Positions 1 to 11,776 of a stretch of 64,000 nucleotides of DNA are shown here, piece by piece. Below the pieces are notes generated by a model, which was not told the DNA's origin, ran no database searches, and saw only the letters and a program-made list of their open reading frames with translations. Position 1 is the stretch's first letter. The number at the start of each line of letters is the position of its first letter. This stretch comes from Chiloscyllium plagiosum (taxonomy: Eukaryota): NCBI RefSeq assembly GCF_004010195.1, contig NC_057720.1:8147883-8211882 (forward strand), given 5' to 3'. The position numbers and the translations under genes were made by a program.

Positions 1-449
1 CGAACTATCGAGTCCCCAATTAGTACTGCTCTGCTCTTCTTCACCCTTCCCTTCTGAGTAACGGGGACAGGCTCGGTGCCAGAGACCTGAGCCCCGTTAC
101 TTACCCCTGGTAAGTCATCCCCCCCACAAGTATCCAAAACGGTATACTTGTTCTTGAGGGGAGTGGCCGCAGGGGGTCCCTGCACTGGCTGCTTCCTCCC
201 AGTCCCCCTCACTGTCACCCATCTATCTGCCATCTTTGGAGTTACTACTTCCCTGTAACTCTGATCTATGACCCCCTCTGCCTCCCGAATGATCCGAAGT
301 TCATCCAACTCCAGCTCCAGTTCCCTAACACGGTCTTGGAGGAGCTGGAGATGGGTGCACTTCCTGCAAGTGTAATCGGCAGGGACGTCGATGGCATCCC
401 TCACCTCATACATGTTGCAGGAGGAACATTGCACTGCCTTCACTGCCAT
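1..449 (-). CDS. CR1 LINE ORF1, N-terminal part (zinc finger, leucine zipper, start of SGNH/GDSL esterase); runs off the left edge
   Basis: Manual translation from the ATG at 449 has no stop: MAVKAVQCSSCNMYEVRDAIDVPADYTCRKCTHLQLLQDRVRELELELDELRIIREAE...KSRAVLIGDSIVR. It shows CxxC...CxxC, a heptad-like leucine run and the esterase GDS motif typical of CR1 ORF1. It is absent from the ORF track, probably because its stop lies outside the window. Confidence 0.88.
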   Translation of the reverse strand, partial: MAVKAVQCSSCNMYEVRDAIDVPADYTCRKCTHLQLLQDRVRELELELDELRIIREAEGVIDQSYREVVTPKMADRWVTVRGTGRKQPVQGPPAATPLKNKYTVLDTCGGDDLPGVSNGAQVSGTEPVPVTQKGRVKKSRAVLIGDSIV

Positions 450-692
450 CCCTCTAAAGCTAACTTTTATTTAAAAAAAACTGGGTTTAAAGAATACAAC
501 AAGCAAAATTCAGCACTTACCTACTTACCACAACAGGTGTTATTATTAGGTTAGAGGAGGAGGGCGGGTGGGAGGCACTACCCGTGTAGTGCCTCGGGTT
601 CCTCTCCTTCACGCTTTTAAAGGGGGAAAAAAACCTACCCAGGTAAGCTTACACTAACTGCTTCCGGGTCTCGGCTGCCCCTCTGGTCGTCA

Positions 693-801
693 TCACTTCC
701 CCCTGGTGCTCCCGCTCTTTCTGTGACTTTCTGTTTTGGTATAAATTCACTTCCCCCTGGTGCTCCCGCTCTTTCTGTGACTTTCTGTTTATGGTATAAA
801 T
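693..801. repeat. Tandem 54-bp 5'UTR monomer, two copies
   Basis: TCACTTCCCCCTGGTGCTCCCGCTCTTTCTGTGACTTTCTGTTT(A)TGGTATAAAT occurs at 693-746 and 747-801. Confidence 0.9.
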
Positions 802-819
802 GTAGGTGGTCTGATCAGT

Positions 820-1900
820 TCGGTTGCAGACAACATGAAAATTGGCGGAGTTGTGGATAATGAGGAAGATTATCAAAAGATACAGCAGGATATATATCAG
901 CTGGGCAGTTGGATATACACATTGGCAGGTCATTTTGCAGTTGTATACAACTTTGCTTTGGTCACATTTGAAGAATTATGTGCAGTTACAGTTACCATAC
1001 TGTGGGAAGGCTGTGGAGGCTTTGGAAAGAGTGCAAAAGAGGTTTAGCAGGATGGTGCCTGGATTGGGGTGTGCTCACTATAAGGAGAGGCTGGACAAAC
1101 TTGGGTTGCTTTTGCTACAGTGTCGGAGGCTGAGGGGTGACCTGACCAGCAGCATATAAAATTACAGGACACAAGACTAGGGTGGATAGTCGGAGTCTTT
1201 TTCCCAGGGTGAAAATGTCAAATGCTTGGGGCATAGTTTTAAGGTGAGAGGAGGAAAGGTAAAAGGAGATGTGCGAGGCCAGGTTGTTTACACAGAGGGT
1301 GGTAGATGTCTGCCAGGAGAGGTGAGAGAAGCAAATAGGATAGCAGCATTGAAGAGGCATTTAGACAGACATATGAACAAGCAGGGAATAGAGGGATATG
1401 GACCATACGCAGGCAGATGGGATTAGTTTAGCACGGCATCACTGTCAGCACAGACTGGTGGGCCGAAGTGCAGCACAGAAGCAGGCCTTGTTCTATGCTC
1501 AACGAACGAGGGAGGAATCTCATAGACACTTCAAATTCTAACAGGACTAGAGAGAGTAGATGCAGGGAGGATGATCCCAATGGTGGGTGTGTTCAGAACC
1601 AGGGGTCACAGTCTGAGGATTCGGGGTGGACCATTTAGGACGGAGATGAGGAAACACTTCTTCACCCACAGAGTGGTGAGCCTGTGGAATTCATTACCAC
1701 AGGAAGGAGGTGATGCCAAAATATTGAATGTATTCAAGAAGTAGCTAGATATAGCATTGGGGGAATGAGATCAAAGGGAATGGGGAGAAAGCAGGATAAG
1801 GCTATTGAATTGGATGATCAGCCATGATTGTGATGAATAATGGAGCAGGCTTGAAAGGGCTGAATGGTCTCCTCCTGCTCCTATTGTCTTTGTTTCTATG
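820..1900 (+). mobile_element. Two decayed CR1 3' fragments
   Basis: Peptides KIGGVVDNEED and LERVQKRFSRMVPGL...RRLRGDL, followed by CR1-type 3' tails. Confidence 0.85.
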
Positions 1901-2469
1901 TTAGGGGAGAAAACCTTAGAGAAGAGAGATTAGGAATTGTTTTATGACGTATAATTGCTGTACAAACAGATTGGATTTTCGAGCTGGCAATAGGCTCTGA
2001 AATGAAGTTGCTTTGATCTCCAATCAACTGTTTTTAATCAGCTAAAAAGTGGCTGAAGATCACAAATTCTCTTTCTGCTTAAAGAGTGACAGTTGGAAGA
2101 AAGCTAGCAGAATCGAAAACATCATCTTTTTTTCAGTCAGTACGATAAAAATCCTTCCAGCAAAACCAGCTAAAAAATCTTTATTTCTCTCAGTGAAGTA
2201 GTTTAGCAGTAAATAAATTGATAAAATTTCAGATATCAACATTTCTAACTGTCTCTCATCTGAGTCTGATAACTGGTCTGGAGACCTTCCATCACTTTGC
2301 AACCAATAGCAATGCTATCTTTCAACAAGAAACCAAAAGATCTGAGAAATTGACACATTTTACCCTTTAGTTTAGACACTTAAATGTACACTGTATTAGA
2401 ACAGTTCCAACCTTCTCATCGATTATTTCATTCATCAATCAAATAGACTAAGCCTCTGACCACCTGTAA

Positions 2470-3073
2470 CTGGGCAAAGACATGACATATTGTGAATAAA
2501 TGTGAGGTTATCCTCCTTGGTAGCAAAGACAGGAAGGTGGATTATTATCTGAAAAGCAATAGATTTGGAAAGAGGGAGGTGAAATGCATGCTGGGAGTCC
2601 ATGTACACGAGTCGCTGAAGATAAATCATGAAGATGCAGCAGGCAGTGAGGAAGGTAAATGGTAGGCCAGCCTTCATAGCGAGAGGGCTTGAGTACAAGA
2701 GTATTTTCACAGGGCCTTAGTGAGACTACACCTGGAGTATTGTATACCGGTTTTGTCTCCGTATCTGAAGAAGGATATTCTGGCTATGGCGGAATTACAA
2801 AACGATTTATCAAAATGAGTTATAGGATGGCAAGAGCTGAAAATGTGTTGCTGGAAAAGCGCAGCAGGTCAGGCAGCATCCAGGAAACAGGAGAATCAAC
2901 ATTTCGGGCGTAAGCCCTTCTTCAGGAAGGACTTATTACCTCACTTTCTCCTTTAGGATGGCAAGACTGACTTATGAAGAGAAGTTGGATTGGTTAGGAA
3001 TATATTCATTGGAGTTTAGAAGAATGAGGGGGAATCTCATAGGATCCTGTAAAATTCTAACTGGACTAGACAG
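2470..3073 (+). mobile_element. Decayed CR1 RT C-terminal fragment
   Basis: CR1-like nucleotide motifs (ACCTGGAGTATTGT, GAAGAATGAGGGGGAATCTCAT). Interrupted by a PLE-derived insert. Confidence 0.75.
2836..2953 (-). mobile_element. Short PLE-derived insert with a hammerhead motif
   Basis: TSD TAGGATGGCAAGA at 2823-2835 and 2954-2966. The minus strand reads CTGAAGA-A-GGGCTTACGCCC-GAAA-T-GTT. Confidence 0.8.
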
Positions 3074-3691
3074 TAGAGTCATTGAGCCATAGAGCATGGA
3101 AACAGACCCTTCGGCCCAATTTGCCTAAGCCGCCTGGGTTTCCCAAACAGAACGAGTCCCCAAAGTTTGTGCGAAGATTTGTAGCTCGGGTGCTCGTTGT
3201 TGTGGTTCTGTTTGCCTAGCTGGAAGTTTTTGTTGCAAACATTTCGTCCCCTGGCTAGGCGACATCATCAGTGCTTGGGAGCCTCCTGCGAAGCGCTTCT
3301 TTGATGTTTCCTCCGGTGTTTATAGTGCTCTGTCCCTGCCACTTCCGGTTGTCAGTTTCAGCTGTACGCTGTAGTGGTTGGTATATTGGGTCCAGGTCGA
3401 TGTGTTTGTTGATGGAGTTTGTGGATGAATGCCATGCCTCTAGGAATTCCCTGGCTGTCCTCTGTCTGGCTTGCCCTATGATAGCAGTGTTGTCCCAGTC
3501 GAATTCATGTTGCTTGTTATCTGCGTGTGTGGCTACGAAGGATAGCTGGTCGTGTCGTTTCGTGGCTAGTTGATGCAGACAAGCAACATGAATTCGACTG
3601 GGACAACACTACTATCATAGGACAAGCCAGACAGAGAACAGCCAGGGAATTCCTAGAGGCATGGCATTCATCCACAAACTCCAACAACAAA

Positions 3692-4182
3692 CAATAACTG
3701 CACACAAACCAACAGCCACGCTCAGACAACAACTCACCAGAACGAAGGACCCGATACCCAACATGAGCAAAACTAATGTAGTGTACAAAATACCATGCAA
3801 GGACTGCACTAAACACTATATAGGACAAACAGGAAGACAGCTAACGATCCGCATACATGAACATCAACTAGCCACGAAACGACACGACCAGCTATCCTTA
3901 GTAGCCACACACGCAGACAACAAGCAACATGAATTTGCCTGGGACAACACTACTATCATAGGGCAAGCCAGACAGAGAACAGCCAGGGAATTCCTAGAGG
4001 CATGGCATTCATCCACTAACTCCATCCACAAACACATCGACCTGGACCCAATATACCAACCACTACAGCGGACAGCTGAAACTGACAACCGGAAGCGGCA
4101 GGGACAGAGCACTATAAATACCGGAGGAAACATCAAAGAAGCGCTTCGCAGGAGGCTCCCAAGCACTGATGATGTCGCCTAG
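3692..4182 (+). pseudogene. PLE GIY-YIG endonuclease domain (C-terminal fragment of the PLE ORF)
   Basis: VVY-x-CxxC-YIGQT-R...R..EH...REFLEAWH motif order. The 5' end is a rearrangement junction, not a true start. Confidence 0.85.
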
Positions 4183-4202
4183 CCAGGGGACGAAACGTTT
4201 GC
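4163..4202 (+). ncRNA. Minimal type I hammerhead ribozyme motif
   Basis: GCA | CTGATGA | T | GTCGCCT-AGCC-AGGGGAC | GAAA | C GTT | TGC. Stem I is GCA/TGC, stem II pairs 6 of 7, stem III is palindromic ACGT. A mirror copy lies on the minus strand at 3235-3274. Confidence 0.72.
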
Positions 4203-4661
4203 AACAAAAACTTCCAGCTCGGCGAACAGAACCACAAGAACGAGTCCTATTTGCCTGCATTTGGGTCCGTATCCCTCTAAACCTTTTCTACCCATGTACC
4301 TATCCAAATGTCTTAGAAATCTTTATTGCACTTGCCTCCATCACTTCATTCCATACGCACCACTGTGTGAAATCGTTGCCCCTCAGGTCGGTTTTACATC
4401 TTTCCTCTCTCTCTCCTGGGAAAAACTATCTTGGCTATTCACCTTATCTCTGCGCCTCATCATTTTATAAACCTCTATAAGGTCACCCCTCAACCTCCTA
4501 AGTTCCAGTTAAAAATGTTCCAACCTAGCTAGTCTCTGCATACAATTCCAAGCCTCCGAGCTCAGTAATAGTCTATTAAATCTTTTTGTGCACTTTCCAG
4601 TTTAATAACATCCTTCCTATAGTAGGGTGACCACAACTGTACTCCCAAAGTGGCCTCACCA

Positions 4662-5000
4662 AGCTTACGAGACATTTGCACTATACGCTGTATCTAAAAG
4701 GCTAAAAGCATTGTGGAAGACCCGACAACCCTCACTCGAACTCTTCTCCCTCCTATCATCTGGCAGATGATACCGGAGCATTCGGTCTCTCTCGGCCAGA
4801 CTGTGCAACAGTTTCTTCCCCCAAGCCATCAGACTCCGTAACACTGTTTGATCGGATTCTTTCCCATCTGAAATTCTTTGACTTTGATTTGCAGTTAGAA
4901 AAATGTCTGTTATTTATCATTCCTCTATTACACTGTTTTGCACTTATGCACTTTATGCTGTGTATGAGTGTGTAGGTTGTGCTGTCCATGTAGCACCCTC
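4662..5000 (+). mobile_element. Rex1/Babar LINE 3' fragment
   Basis: Translates across a stop to LFSLLSSGR*YRSIRSLSARLCNSFFPQAIRL, the typical Rex1/Babar ORF C-terminus. Confidence 0.78.
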
Positions 5001-5001
5001 G

Positions 5002-5800
5002 GTCATAGAGTCATAGAGATGTATAACATGGAAACAGATCCTTCGGTCCAACCTGTCCATGCCGACCAGATATCCNNNNNNNNNNNNNNNNNNNNNNNNN
5101 NNNNNNNNNNNNNNNNNNNNNNNNNNNNNNNNNNNNNNNNNNNNNNNNNNNNNNNNNNNNNNNNNNNNNNNNNNNNNNNNNNNNNNNNNNNNNNNNNNNN
5201 NNNNNNNNNNNNNNNNCCCCTCAGCCTCCGACACTCCAGGGAAAACAGCCCCAGTCTGTTCAGCCTCTCCCTGTAGCTCAGATCCTCCAACCCTGGCAAC
5301 ATCCTTGTAAATATTTTTTGAACCCTTTCAAGATTCACAACATCTTTCCAATAGGAAGGAGACCAGAATTGCCTGCAATATTCCAACAGTGGCCTAACCA
5401 ATATCCTGTACAGCTGCAACATGACCTCCCAACTCCTGTACTCAATACTCTGACCAATAAAGGAAAGCATCCCAAACACCTTCTTCACTATCCTATCTAC
5501 CTGCGACTCCACTTTCAAGGAGCTATGAACCTACACTCCAAGGTCTTTGTTCAGCAACACTCCCTAGGACCTTACCATTAGTGTTTAAGTTCTGCTAAGA
5601 TTTGCTTTCCCAAAATGCAGCACCTCACATTTATCTGAATTAAACTCCATCTGCCACTTCTCAGCTCATTGGCCCATCTGGTCCAGATCCTGTTGTAATC
5701 TGAGGAAACCCTCTTCACTGTCCACTACACATACAATTTTGGTGTCATCTGCAAACTTACCAACTGTACCTCTTATGCTCGCATCCAAATCATTTATGTA
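5002..5800 (-). mobile_element. CR1 (HER1-like) 3' fragment spanning an N-gap
   Basis: ORF 5003-5518 contains LYRILVRPLLEYC...LERVQKIFTRMLPGL. The element ends in a (CTATGACT)n tail. Confidence 0.9.
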
Positions 5801-6039
5801 AAAGCCCTGGAGGAACACTCTCATTTTTACTGTATCAGTTGTCTGATAGAGTAGAGTAGCTTTTATTTGTCATTTCTATTAGGTCTTGCACAGCTGTGAC
5901 ATGATGTCCCAACTCCTATACTCAAAGCTCTGACCGGTGAAGGCAAACACCTTCTTCACCACCCTATCGACCTATGAGGCTATTTTTCAAAGAACTATGG
6001 ACCTCCACTGCTAGACCTTTCTGTTTGCCAACTCCTCCA

Positions 6040-6710
6040 GTGGTCCCCAGCATTACAGATACCAATCTTCAGCCAGTTTGATTCCCTCCACATGGTATAA
6101 AGATACGGTTGGAGGCACTGAATATTGCAAAGGCTATGGGCTCTGACAACAATCCAGCAATGATACTGAAGGCTTGTGTTCCAGAACTTGATGCTCCCCG
6201 AGCCAAGCTGTTCCAGTACAGTTACAACAATGTGGAAGTCATGATATGGAGATGCCTGTGTTGGACTGGGGTGTACAAAGTTTAAAAATCACACACGACC
6301 AGGTTATAGTCCAACAGGTTTAATTGGAAACACTAGCTTTTGGAGCACTGTTCTTTCATCAGGTGGAAGGAGCAGTGCTCCGAAAGCTCGTGTTTCCAAT
6401 TAAGCCTGTTGGACTATAACCTGAAATTGTGATTTTTAACAATATGGAAAATTGCCCAGGAATGTCCTGTACACAAAACAAAAAACAGAACAAATCTGAC
6501 TTGACCAATTACCGCCCCATCAGTCTACTTTTGATTATTAGTAAACTGATGGACGGTGTCATTAGTAGTGCTATCAAGCAGCATCTGCTCAGCAATGAAC
6601 TGCTTAGTGACACCCAGTTTGGGTTCCGCCAGGGTCACTCAGCTCCTGATCTCATTACAACCTTGGTTCAAACATGGACAAAAGAGCTGAATTCTAGAAG
6701 TGAGATGAAG
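6040..6710 (+). mobile_element. Fragment of a second CR1/L2-group LINE, RT N-terminus
   Basis: Peptide NYRPISLLLIISKLMDG...QFGFRQGHSAPDLITTLVQTW. Confidence 0.82.
6238..6437. mobile_element. Fold-back PLE-derived mini-element with a decayed hammerhead
   Basis: Inverted arms at ~6282-6360 and ~6366-6439. TSD AACAAT(G/A)TGGAA at 6226-6237 and 6438-6449. Combining both arms gives CAC-CTGATGA-A-GGAGC..GCTCC-GAAA-GCTA-GTG. Confidence 0.78.
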
Positions 6711-6711
6711 G

Positions 6712-8222
6712 TGAATTGCACAGGTGGGAAGGAAGGTGGACAGGTTAAGAGGGCGGTGCTGAGTTGGAGGGTTGGAGTTGGGATGAGGTGGGGAGGGGAG
6801 ATTTGGAAACTGATGAAGTTAACGTTGATGCCATGTTTTTGAAGGGTCACAAGGTGGAAGATGAGGCATTCTTCCTCCTGTCATCAGGTGGCTTGGATTT
6901 GACAGTGGAGGCGGCCCAGGACATGCATGTCCTTGCTGGAGTGAGAGGGGAAGTTGAAGTGGTCAGCCACATGGTGGTGGGATTGTTGGGTGTGTATGTC
7001 CTGGCGATGTTTCCTGAAATGATCTGCAAATTGGTGTCCTGTCTCCCCAATGTAGAGGAAACAACATCATGAGCAACGGAAACAGTAGATGAGATGGGTG
7101 GATGTGCATGAAAATCTCTGCTGGATGTGGAAGGATCCAGTAGGGCCTTGGACTGAGGCAAGGGGGGAAGGTGTGAGGATAGGTTTTCCACCTCTTGCAG
7201 CAGCAATGGAAGGTGCCGGGTGCGGAGGGTGGGTTGGTGGGGGGGGGGGCGTGGACCTAACCAGGGAGTCACTGAGGGAATAGTCTCTGCAGAATGCGAG
7301 GATGGGATGGGAGGGAAATATCTACTGTGTCCTTGCTCTTTCTGTGGTCTCACCTACATTAGGGAGACAGAATGCCAACTCGCAGAGTGGTTCAGGGAAT
7401 ATCTGAGACACAGGCATCCAAGGACTCCACCACCCTTTGGCTGACCACTTCAACTCTCCCTCCCACTCCACCAAGGACATCCAGGGCCTCCTCCACTGCC
7501 AAATCCAAGCCCCCTGACAAATGGAGGAAGAACACCTCATCTTCCACCTTGGGACCCTTCAACCACATGGCATCAACAATGACTTCACTAGTTTCGACTT
7601 CACACATCTCCCCATTCCCCCACCTCATCCCAAATCCAACCCTCCAACTGGGCACTGCCCTCATGACCTGTCCTACCTGAGCATCTTCCTTCCCACCTAT
7701 CCAATTCACCCTCCCCACCGACCTATCACAGCCACCCCCCCTACCTGCATCCACCTATCGACACCTGCCCCCCAGCCCCACCCTCCCATTTAGATTATAT
7801 TACTCAGTGTGGAAACAGGCCCAAGTCCACACCGACCCTCCGAAGAGCAACCCACTCATACCCATTCCCCTACATTTACCCCTTCACCTAACACTATGGG
7901 CAATTTACCATGGCCAATTCACCTAACTTGCACATTTTTGGACTGTGGAAGGAAACTGGAGCGCCCAGAGGAAACCCACGCAGACACGGGGAGAATGTGC
8001 GCAGACAGTTGCCTGAGGCGGGAATTGAACCCAGGTCTCTGGCACTGTGAGGCAGCAGTGCTAACCACTGTGCCACCATGCCAGCCCTCTTCCCACTCCT
8101 CATTCCTGATGAAGGGCTTGTGCCCAAAAGTACTGCTCCTCAGATGCAGCCTGACTTGCTGTGCTTTTCCAGCGCCACAGTTTTTGACTGACTCTCCAGC
8201 ATCTGTCGTCCTCACTTTCTCC
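6712..8222. mobile_element. Decayed Neptune-type PLE with inverted arms
   Basis: 6712-7320 (-) and 7325-8222 (+) are inverted homologues. GIY-YIG remnant CGLTYIRETECQLAEWFREYL, and a decayed CTGATGAAGGGC..GCCC near 8106. Confidence 0.8.
7790..8083 (-). mobile_element. tRNA-derived SINE (HE1/V-SINE-like)
   Basis: A/B-box head GGCATGGTGGCACAGTGGTTAGC...GGTTCAATTCCC, V-domain-like CTGCGTGGGTTTCCTC and a CR1-like tail. Confidence 0.88.
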
Positions 8223-8224
8223 CA

Positions 8225-9750
8225 AAACCTTGTCAAAGGCCTTGTTAAAGTCCATGAAGACAAAGTCTACCACTCTGCCTTCATCTATCCTCTTGGAAAC
8301 CTGTTCAAAACACTCAATCAAGTTTGAGAGACTTGAGTTTCATACACAAAGCGATGCTGATTATCTGTAATCTGCCCTTGCCTTTCCAAATGCATGTGGA
8401 TCCTGTCTCTCAGAATCCACTCCAACAACATACCCCTCCCTGATGTTAGGCTCACTGGTCTGTGGTTCCCCGGTTTTTCCTTGGCTCTTTTCTTAAAGGA
8501 ACAAAATTAGCCACCTTCCAGTGTAAAAGCAGGATGACTGAAGATTCCAGAACCAGGGTCACAGTCTAATGATACAGAATAAGTCATTTAGGACTGAGCT
8601 GAGGGGAAAATTGAGTGTTTTGAAGAAGTAATGAAGAGGATTGATGAGGGCAGAGTGGTGGATGTAATCTATATGGACTTTAATAAGGTGTTCGACAAGA
8701 TTCCTCATGGTAGACTGGTTAGCAATGTTAGATCACATGGAAAACAGGAAGAACTAGCCATTTAGATACAGAACTGGCTCGAAGGAAGAAGACAGAAGGT
8801 GATGGTGGAGGGTTGCCTTTCAGACTGGAGGCCTGAGACCAGTGGAGTGCTACAAGGATCAGTACTGCTTTTTGTCAAATATATAAATGATTTGGATGTG
8901 AACATAGGAGGAATGGTTAGTAAGTTTGCATCAAAATTGGAGATATAGTGGACAGTGAAGAAGATTATCTCAGAATACAATGGGATCTTAGGCCAATGGG
9001 CTGAGGAATGGCAGATGAGTTTAATTTAAATAAATGTGCAGTGCTGCATTTGGAAAGACAAATCAGGACAGATCTTATACACTTAATGGTAAGGTCCTGG
9101 GGAGTTGCAGGCAGATAGGATAGTGAAACAGGCATTTGGTGTGCTTTAATCTATTAGTCAGTGCATTGAGTGCAGGAGTTGGGAAGTCATGTGCGGCTGT
9201 ACAGAACAATGGTTAGGTCACTTTTGGAATATTTTGTGCAGTTCTGATCAGAAGGATATTGTGAAACTTGAAAGGATTCAGAAAAGATTTACAAGAATAT
9301 TGGCAGGGTTGGAGAGTTTGAGCTGTAGGGAAAGGCTGAATAAGCTGGGTCTGTTTTCCCTGGAGCGTCATAGGCTGAGGGGTGAATTTTTGGAGGTTTA
9401 TAAAATCATGAAGGGCATAATTTTGATTAGATTAGGTCTTTTCCCTGGGGTGAGGGAGTCTAGAACTAGAGGGCATAGGTTTAGGCTGCCAGAAGAAACA
9501 TTTAAAAGGGTCTTAAGGGGCAACGTTTTCACACACAAGGTAGTGAATGAGCTGCTAGAGAAATGGATGGAGGCTGATAAAATTACAACATTTAAAAGGT
9601 ATCTGGCTGGGGCTATGAATAGGAAGAGTTTAGAGGGCAATGGGCCAAGTCCTGGCAAATAGGACTAGATTAGGTTAAGTTATCTTGTTGGCATGGACGA
9701 GTTGGACTAAACGGTCTGTTTCCATGCTGTACATATTTATGGCTGTATTG
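8225..9750. mobile_element. CR1 RT fragments: minus 8225-8520, plus ~8610-9750
   Basis: Peptides MDFNKAFDKV and LERIQKRFTRILAGL, ending in a 3' tail. Confidence 0.85.
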
Positions 9751-11473
9751 CTCTAAAATTCCTTATCCAGAAACATAGAAAACACGTACAGGAGTAGGCC
9801 ATTGGGCCCTTTGAGCCTGCACTACCATTCAATATGATCATGGCTGATCATGCAATCTCATTATCTCATTCCCACCCTCTTGATCCCTTTATCCACAAGG
9901 GCCATGTCTAGCTCCCTCTTGAATATATCTAATGAACTAGCTCCAACAGCTTCCTGTGGGAGAGAATTCCACGGGTTCACAACTCTCTGGGTGAAGGCAT
10001 TCTTATCTCTCTCCTGATGGCCCTAACATACAATACTGAAGGTGTGGCCTCACCAAGGCCCTGTATAACAGCAGCAAGACATCCTTACTCTGATATTCAT
10101 ATTCTCGCACTATGAAGGCCAATATGCCATTAGTTTTCCTCACTGCCTGTGGCCCCTGCATGCCAACCTTCAGCAACTGTTTCACCATGATGCCTTGGTC
10201 TCGTTGCACCTCACCATTTCCTAACAATAATCTGCCTTCCTGTTTTTGTGACCAAACTAAATAACCTCACATTTATTCACATTATATTGCATTTGCCAAG
10301 TATTTGCCCACTCAGCCAGTCTGTCCAAGTCTCCCTACAGCCTCTTAGCATCCTCGCCTTAGCGCACACTGCCACCCAGTTCAGTGTCATCCACAAATTC
10401 AGAGATATTGCATTCCATTCCTTCATCCAAAACGTTAATGTATATTATGAACAGCTGGAGTCCCAACACTGAACCTGACCTTACCCCACTCATTACTGCC
10501 TGGCACTCTGAAAAACACCCATTTATTCCACCTCTCTGCTTCCTGTCTGCCAACCAATTCTCTATCCGTGTCCATCCATTAGCTCTGATACTATGACCTT
10601 TAATTTTCCTCACTAATCTCTTGGGTGGAACCTTGTTAAAAGCCTTTTGAAAGTCCAGATACGCAACATCTGATTCACCATTGCCCACTCTCCTGGTCAC
10701 ATCCTCAAAATTCCAGAAGATTTGTCAGGTCTGATTTCCCTTTAGTGAATCCATGCTGACAAAGATCAATTCTATCCCATTTTTAAAGTTATTACATCCT
10801 TAGTGATTGACTCCGGCATTTTCCCCTCCACCAATGTCAGGCTAACCAGCCTATAATTTCCCATTTTCTCTCTCCCTCTTTTTATTTTTAAAAAGACTGA
10901 GGTTACATTAGCTACCCTCCAGTCCAGTTAAACTGTTCCAGAGTCTACAGAATGCTGGAAAATGATCATCAATGCATCCACTATTTCGAGGGCCACTACC
11001 TTATGTGCTCTGGGATGCAGAGCATCAGGGCCTGGAGACTTATTGTGTTTTAATCCTATCAATTTCCACAATACTTTTTCCTGACTAATAAGGATTTCCT
11101 TCAGTTCCTACGTCATGCTTGACCTTCTGTCCCCGAGCATTTCCTGAAGGTGATTTGTATCCTCTTTAGCAAAAACAGATCCAAAGTATTTGTTCACTTT
11201 GGTGTCCATTATGAATTCTCCTGATTCCAACTGCAAGAAACCCACATTTGTCTTTACCAATCTTTTTCTCTTCACATATCTATAGAAGCTTTTGTAGTCA
11301 GTTTTTGTTTTCCACCAGCTTACTTTCATATTTCCTTTCCGAATTAAATCCTTCGTTCTCTGCTGAGTTTTAAATTTCTCCCAGTCCTCAGATTTGCTGC
11401 TTTTCTGGCCAATTCATATGCCTCCTCTTTGGGCTTTAACACTGTTCATGATTTCCCTTGTTAGCCATGGTTA

Positions 11474-11659
11474 AGCCTGACATCGGTGGAGGGGAAAATG
11501 CCGGAGTCAATCATTAAGGATGTAATAACTTTAAAAATGGGATAGAATTGGTCTTTGTCAGCATGGATTCACTAAAGGGAAATCGGACCTGACAAATCTT
11601 CTGGAATTTTGAGGATGTGACCAGGAGAGTGGACAATGGTGAATCAGCAGATGTTGTGT
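11474..11659. repeat. Local inverted copy of 10661-10843
   Basis: Near-identical reverse complement about 0.8 kb away, inside the same CR1 copy. Confidence 0.8.
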
Positions 11660-11686
11660 TTTACCCTAGACAGGGATGCATAACTG

Positions 11687-11776
11687 GATTAGTGGTGCTG
11701 GAAAAGCACAGCAGTTCAGGCAGTATCCGAGGAGCAAGAAATTTGACGTTTCAGGCAGAAGCCCTTCATCAGGAAT
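11687..11776 (-). mobile_element. Short PLE-derived insert with a hammerhead motif
   Basis: 16-bp TSD CAGGGATGCATAACTG at 11671-11686 and 11777-11792. The minus strand reads ATTC-CTGATGA-A-GGGCTTCTGCCT-GAAA-C-GTC. Confidence 0.85.

Larger units (their letters stand above)
1..801 (-). mobile_element. 5' end of a young, probably full-length CR1 LINE (5'UTR plus ORF1)
   Basis: The intact ORF1 is preceded by about 350 bp of CpG-retaining UTR that ends in two tandem ~54 bp units. Confidence 0.8.
3160..4236. mobile_element. 5'-truncated Penelope-like element with inverted pseudo-LTR and GIY-YIG endonuclease
   Basis: Arms ~3200-3575 and ~3861-4237 are reverse complements, with a ~40 bp extra tail on the left arm. 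ORF 3661-4182 contains VVYKIPCKDCTKHYIGQTGRQLTIRIHEH. TSD AGAACGAGTCC at 3149-3159 and 4237-4247. Confidence 0.92.
3075..4660 (-). mobile_element. CR1 3' fragment split by a Penelope-like insertion
   Basis: The antisense CR1 tail (CATGGAAACAGACCCTTCGGCCC) resumes after 4247. Confidence 0.8.

Noticed and set aside
2060..2302. 80-aa ORF in unique AT-rich DNA
   Set aside because: No ATG or in-frame acceptor support and no recognisable homology; compatible with chance.
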